Of a stretch of DNA of 64,000 bases, positions 60,201 to 64,000 are shown piece after piece. Numbering within the stretch: position 1 is the first letter of the stretch; every line of letters begins with the position of its first letter. The notes under the pieces are model-generated. The model was not told the origin of the DNA. It saw only the letters and a list, made by a program, of their open reading frames with translations, and did not search any database. The stretch lies in NCBI RefSeq assembly GCF_032444005.1, contig NC_091283.1, positions 159,030,001 through 159,094,000 on the forward strand, read 5' to 3'. Both the position numbers and the translations under genes were made by a program. The DNA comes from Ranitomeya imitator (taxonomy: Eukaryota).

Positions 60201-62977
60201 CAAAGAATTAGCACGCAGGACCTGGAACACCATTCTGACCTGCTTCACATGAGACTCCCAATCATCCGAGAAGACCAAAATATCATCCAAGTATACAATC
60301 AGGAATTTATCCAGGTACTCTCGGAAGATGTCATGCATAAAGGACTGAAATACTGATGGAGCATTGGCAAGTCCGAATGGCATAACTAGGTACTCAAAAT
60401 GGCCCTCGGGCGTATTAAATGCAGTTTTCCATTCATCGCCCCGTTTAATACGCACAAGATTATATGCACCACGAAGATCTATCTTGGTGAACCAACTAGC
60501 CCCCTTAATCCGAGCAAACAAATCAGATAGCAGCGGCAAGGGGTACTGAAATTTGACCGTGATTTTATTTAGAAGGCGGTAATCAATACAAGGTCCCAGT
60601 GAACCATCCTTCTTGGCCACAAAAAAGAACCCTGCTCCCAATGGCGATGACAACGGCCGAATATGACCCTTCTCCAAGGATTCTTTTACGTAACTCCGCA
60701 TAGCGGCGTGCTCAGGTACAGATAAATTAAACAGTCGACCTTTAGGAAACTTACTACCAGGAATCAACTCGATAGCACAATCACAATCCCTATGCGGAGG
60801 TAGGGCATTGGACTTGGGCTCATCGAATACATCCCGGTAATCAGACAAGAACTCTGGGACCTCAGAAGGGGTGGATGATGAGATAGACAGAAATGGAACA
60901 TCACCATGTACCCCCTGACATCCCCAGCTGGACTCAGACATTGATTTGCAATCTAATACTGGGTTATGGACTTGTAGCCATGGCAACCCCAACACGACCA
61001 CATCATGCAGATTTTGCAACACCAGAAAGCGAATATCCTCCTGGTGCGCAGGAGCCATGCACATGGTCAGCTGGGTCCAATACTGAGGCTTATTCTTGGC
61101 CAAAGGCGTAGCATCAATTCCTCTCAATGGAATAAGACACTGCAAGGGCTCCAAGACAAACCCACAGCGCCTAGCAAACTCCAAGTCCATCAAATTCAGG
61201 GCAGCGCCTGAATCCACAAATGCCGTGACAGAATAGGAAGACAAAGAGCAGATCAAAGTAACGGACAAAAGAAATTTCGACTGTACCGTACCAATGGTGG
61301 CAGACTTAGCGAACCGCTTAGTGCGCTTAGGACAATCGGAGATAGCATGAGTGGAATCACCACAGTAGAAACACAGCCCATTCTGACGTCTGTGTTCTTG
61401 CCTTTCAGCTCTGGTCAAAGTCCTATCGCACTGCATAGGCTCAGGTTTATGCTCAAATAATACCGCCAAATGGTGCACAGATTTACGCTCACGCAAGCGT
61501 CGACCGATCTGAATGGCCAAAGACATAGACTCATTCAGACCAGCAGGCATAGGAAATCCCACCATGACATCCTTAAGGGCTTCAGAGAGACCCTTTCTGA
61601 AGATTGCTGCCAAAGCACATTCATTCCATTGAGTGAGCACAGACCACTTTCTAAACTTCTGACAATAAATCTCTATCTCATCCTGACCCTGACACAGAGC
61701 CAGCAAATTTTTCTCTGCCTGATCCACTGAATTAGGTTCATCGTACAGTAATCCGAGCGCCAGAAAAAACGCATCAATATTACATAATGCAGGATCTCCT
61801 GGCGCAAGGGAAAATGCCCAGTCTTGAGGGTCGCCACGTAATAAAGAAATAATGATCTTAACTTGTTGAACTGGGTCACCAGAGGAGCGAGGTTTCAACG
61901 CCAGAAACAGTTTGCAATTATTTTTGAAACTCAGAAATTTAGCTCTATCTCCAGAAAACAAATCAGGAATAGGAATTCTTGGTTCTAACATAGAATTCTG
62001 AGCCACAACGTCTTGAATATTTTGTACTCTTGCAGTGAGAAGATCCACACATGAAGACAGACCTTTAATGTCCATCACCACACCTGTGTCCTGAACCACC
62101 CAAATGTCTAGGGGGAAAAAAAGGCAAAACACAGTGCAAAGAAAAAAAAATGGTCTCAGAACTTCTTTTTTCCCTCTATTGAGAAGCATAGTACTTTGGG
62201 CCTCCAGTACTGTTATGAATAGGTAATTCAGAACCACAATGGACCTTGAAGTTCAGAGCACACAAGTGACCTGACAAAAACCACAAAACATAAGACGAGC
62301 TCTGAGACGTGGGAACTCTGCTGACCGCAATCCCTAAACCTATCAAACCACAATAGAGGTAGCCGTGGATTGCGCCTAACGCTCCCTATGCAACTCGGCC
62401 CAGCCTGAGAAACTAGCTAGCCTGAAGATAGAAAAATAAGCCTACCTTGCCTCAGAGAAATTCCCCAAAGGAAAAGGCAGCCCCCCACATATAATGACTG
62501 TGAGTAAGATGAAAATACAAACACAGAGATGAAATAGATTTAGCAAAGTGAGGCTCGACTTACTGAATAGACCGAGGATAGGAAAGATAGCTTTGCGGTC
62601 AACACAAAAACCTACAAACAACCACGCAGAGGGGCAAAAAGACCCTCCGCACCGACTAACGGTACGGAGGTGCTCCCTCTGCGTCTCAGGGCTTCCAGCA
62701 AGCAAGCAAAACCAAAAAAGCAAGCTGGACAGAAAATATAGCAACAAAAGTAACACAAGCAGAACTTAGCTTATGCTGAGCAGACAGGCCACAGGAACGA
62801 TCCAGGAGGAAGCAAGACCAATACTAGAACATTGACTGGAGGCCAGGATCAAAGCACTAGGTGGAGTTAAATAGAGCAGCACCTAACGACTTAACCTCAT
62901 CACCTGAGGAAGGAAACTCAGAAGCCGCAGTACCACTCGTGACCACAGGAGGGAGCTTGATCACAGAATTCACAACA
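57248..62977 (-). mobile_element. Chromodomain Ty3/Gypsy element 2, full length, nested in the 3' LTR of element 1 in the opposite orientation
   Basis: 767-bp LTRs at 62211-62977 and 57248-58014, with about six substitutions by my count. Polypurine tract beside 58015. Duplication GGCTCC at 57242-57247 and 62978-62983. Confidence 0.95.
57894..62075 (-). pseudogene. Single gag-pol-chromodomain frame of Gypsy element 2 with one nonsense codon
   Basis: ATG at 62075 (MDIKG). The track ORFs 59715-62237 and 57894-59711 are in the same frame, separated only by TGA at 59717-59715, where element 1 has Arg (CGG). The frame reads through the polypurine tract into the 3' LTR. Confidence 0.93.
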
Positions 62978-63707
62978 GGCTCCCTCTTGTGGTTTCTAGT
63001 GGTATGGCTGCTCCTTGGAGTTAGCTGTCATCAGCTGCCTCCACTTATCGTCTCTTCTGCTCCGCTATTTAAGTCTGGCTCTTTCTTCAGCCTGTGCCAC
63101 TTGACAATGTTTCCTGGCTGGATTCACATCTCTGCTTGGATTCTCCTGGTTTCCTGACCAGTTCTGCAAAGATAAGTTCTGGCTTTGCTCATTTCAGTCC
63201 ACATGTTGTGGACTTATTGTTCTGTGCATTCTATATTTGTCCAGCTTGTCAGTATGGATTATTTCTGTTAGCTGGAAGCTCTGGGAAGCAGATTTACCCT
63301 CCACACCTTTAGTCAGGTGTGGAGATTTTGTAAACTCTGTGTGGATTGTTTTGTAGTTTTTATACTGACCGCACAGTATCCTTTCCTGTCCTATTTATCA
63401 AGCTAGACTGGCCTCCTATGCTAAAATCTGATTTCATTTCTGCGTATGTTATTTTCCCCTCCTCTCACCGTCAATATTTGTGGGGGGCTATCTTTCCTTT
63501 GGGGATTTTCTCTTAGGCAAGATAGATTTCCTGTTTCCATCTTTAGGGGAAGTTAGATCTTAGGCTGTGCCGAGGGGTCTAGGGAGCGTCAGGTACCCCC
63601 CATGGCTATTTTTAGTTGCGCTGCTAGGTTCAGAGTTTGCGGTCAGTACAGATACCACCTCCTTCAGAGCTTGTCTCATGTTGTTCCTAAACCACCAGAT
63701 CATACCA

Positions 63708-64000
63708 CTAGTAGAGTGATTTCTGATGTTCACTGTTCTGTGTTGGCCGGTCATCCTGGCATTTTTGGTACCAGAGATTTGGTTGGTAGGTCCTTTTGGT
63801 GGCCTTCATTGTCACGTGATGTGCGTTCTTTTGTGCAGTCCTGTGGGACTTGTGTGCGGGCCAAGCCTTGTTGCTCCCGTGCTAGTGGGTTACTTTTGCC
63901 ATTGCCAGTCCCTGAGAGGCCCTAGACGCATATTTCGATGGATTTTATTTCTGATCTTCCGGTCTCCCAGAAGATGTCTGTTATCTGGGTTGTTTGTGAC
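63708..64000 (+). mobile_element. Integrase fragment of a third related Gypsy copy, running off the window
   Basis: SRVISDVHCSVLAGHPGIFGTRDLVGRSFWWPSL...ERP*THISMDFISDLP begins immediately after the LTR end. Confidence 0.88.

Larger units (their letters stand above)
52198..63707 (+). mobile_element. Chromodomain Ty3/Gypsy element 1 (5' LTR 52198-52987; 3' LTR 57174-57247 plus 62984-63707)
   Basis: TG...CA LTRs. Polypurine tract AAGGGGGGGG at about 57161-57170. Gag, PR, RT, RH, IN and chromodomain in order. The 3' LTR is split by element 2 and diverges from the 5' LTR. Confidence 0.9.

Overview
Eukaryotic (vertebrate, very probably anuran/frog) genomic DNA. It is almost entirely nested transposable elements and TE-borne minisatellites. 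The only host gene piece I can support is the first coding exon of an ENTPD2-like ecto-nucleotidase (minus strand, 3344-3228), so about 60 kb is its upstream region. The main elements are: a deleted Tc1; many palindromic PIF/Harbinger-type MITEs; two 5'-truncated CR1 LINEs; a Penelope-like remnant with a degenerate hammerhead ribozyme; a DIRS1 3' half; a V-SINE-like element; an apparently full-length L2 LINE with an intact 1058-aa ORF carrying a 2A-like peptide; a near-intact four-ORF Ngaro-type tyrosine-recombinase retrotransposon; a hAT MITE; a Tc2/pogo-like MITE; an L1 5' half; a solo LTR; a Helitron end; and three nested or recombined chromodomain Ty3/Gypsy elements. The most interesting signals are three. 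(i) A 5 x 39-bp array of consensus CTCF motifs is written in frame into the Ngaro gag. (ii) Phase-compatible splice sites would fuse that gag N-terminus to the SGNH hydrolase ORF. (iii) PBS/LTR complementarity co-varies between two Gypsy families, pointing to tRNA-independent self-priming. All calls were made by eye, without alignment or database searches. Boundaries given without a target-site duplication (TSD) are approximate.
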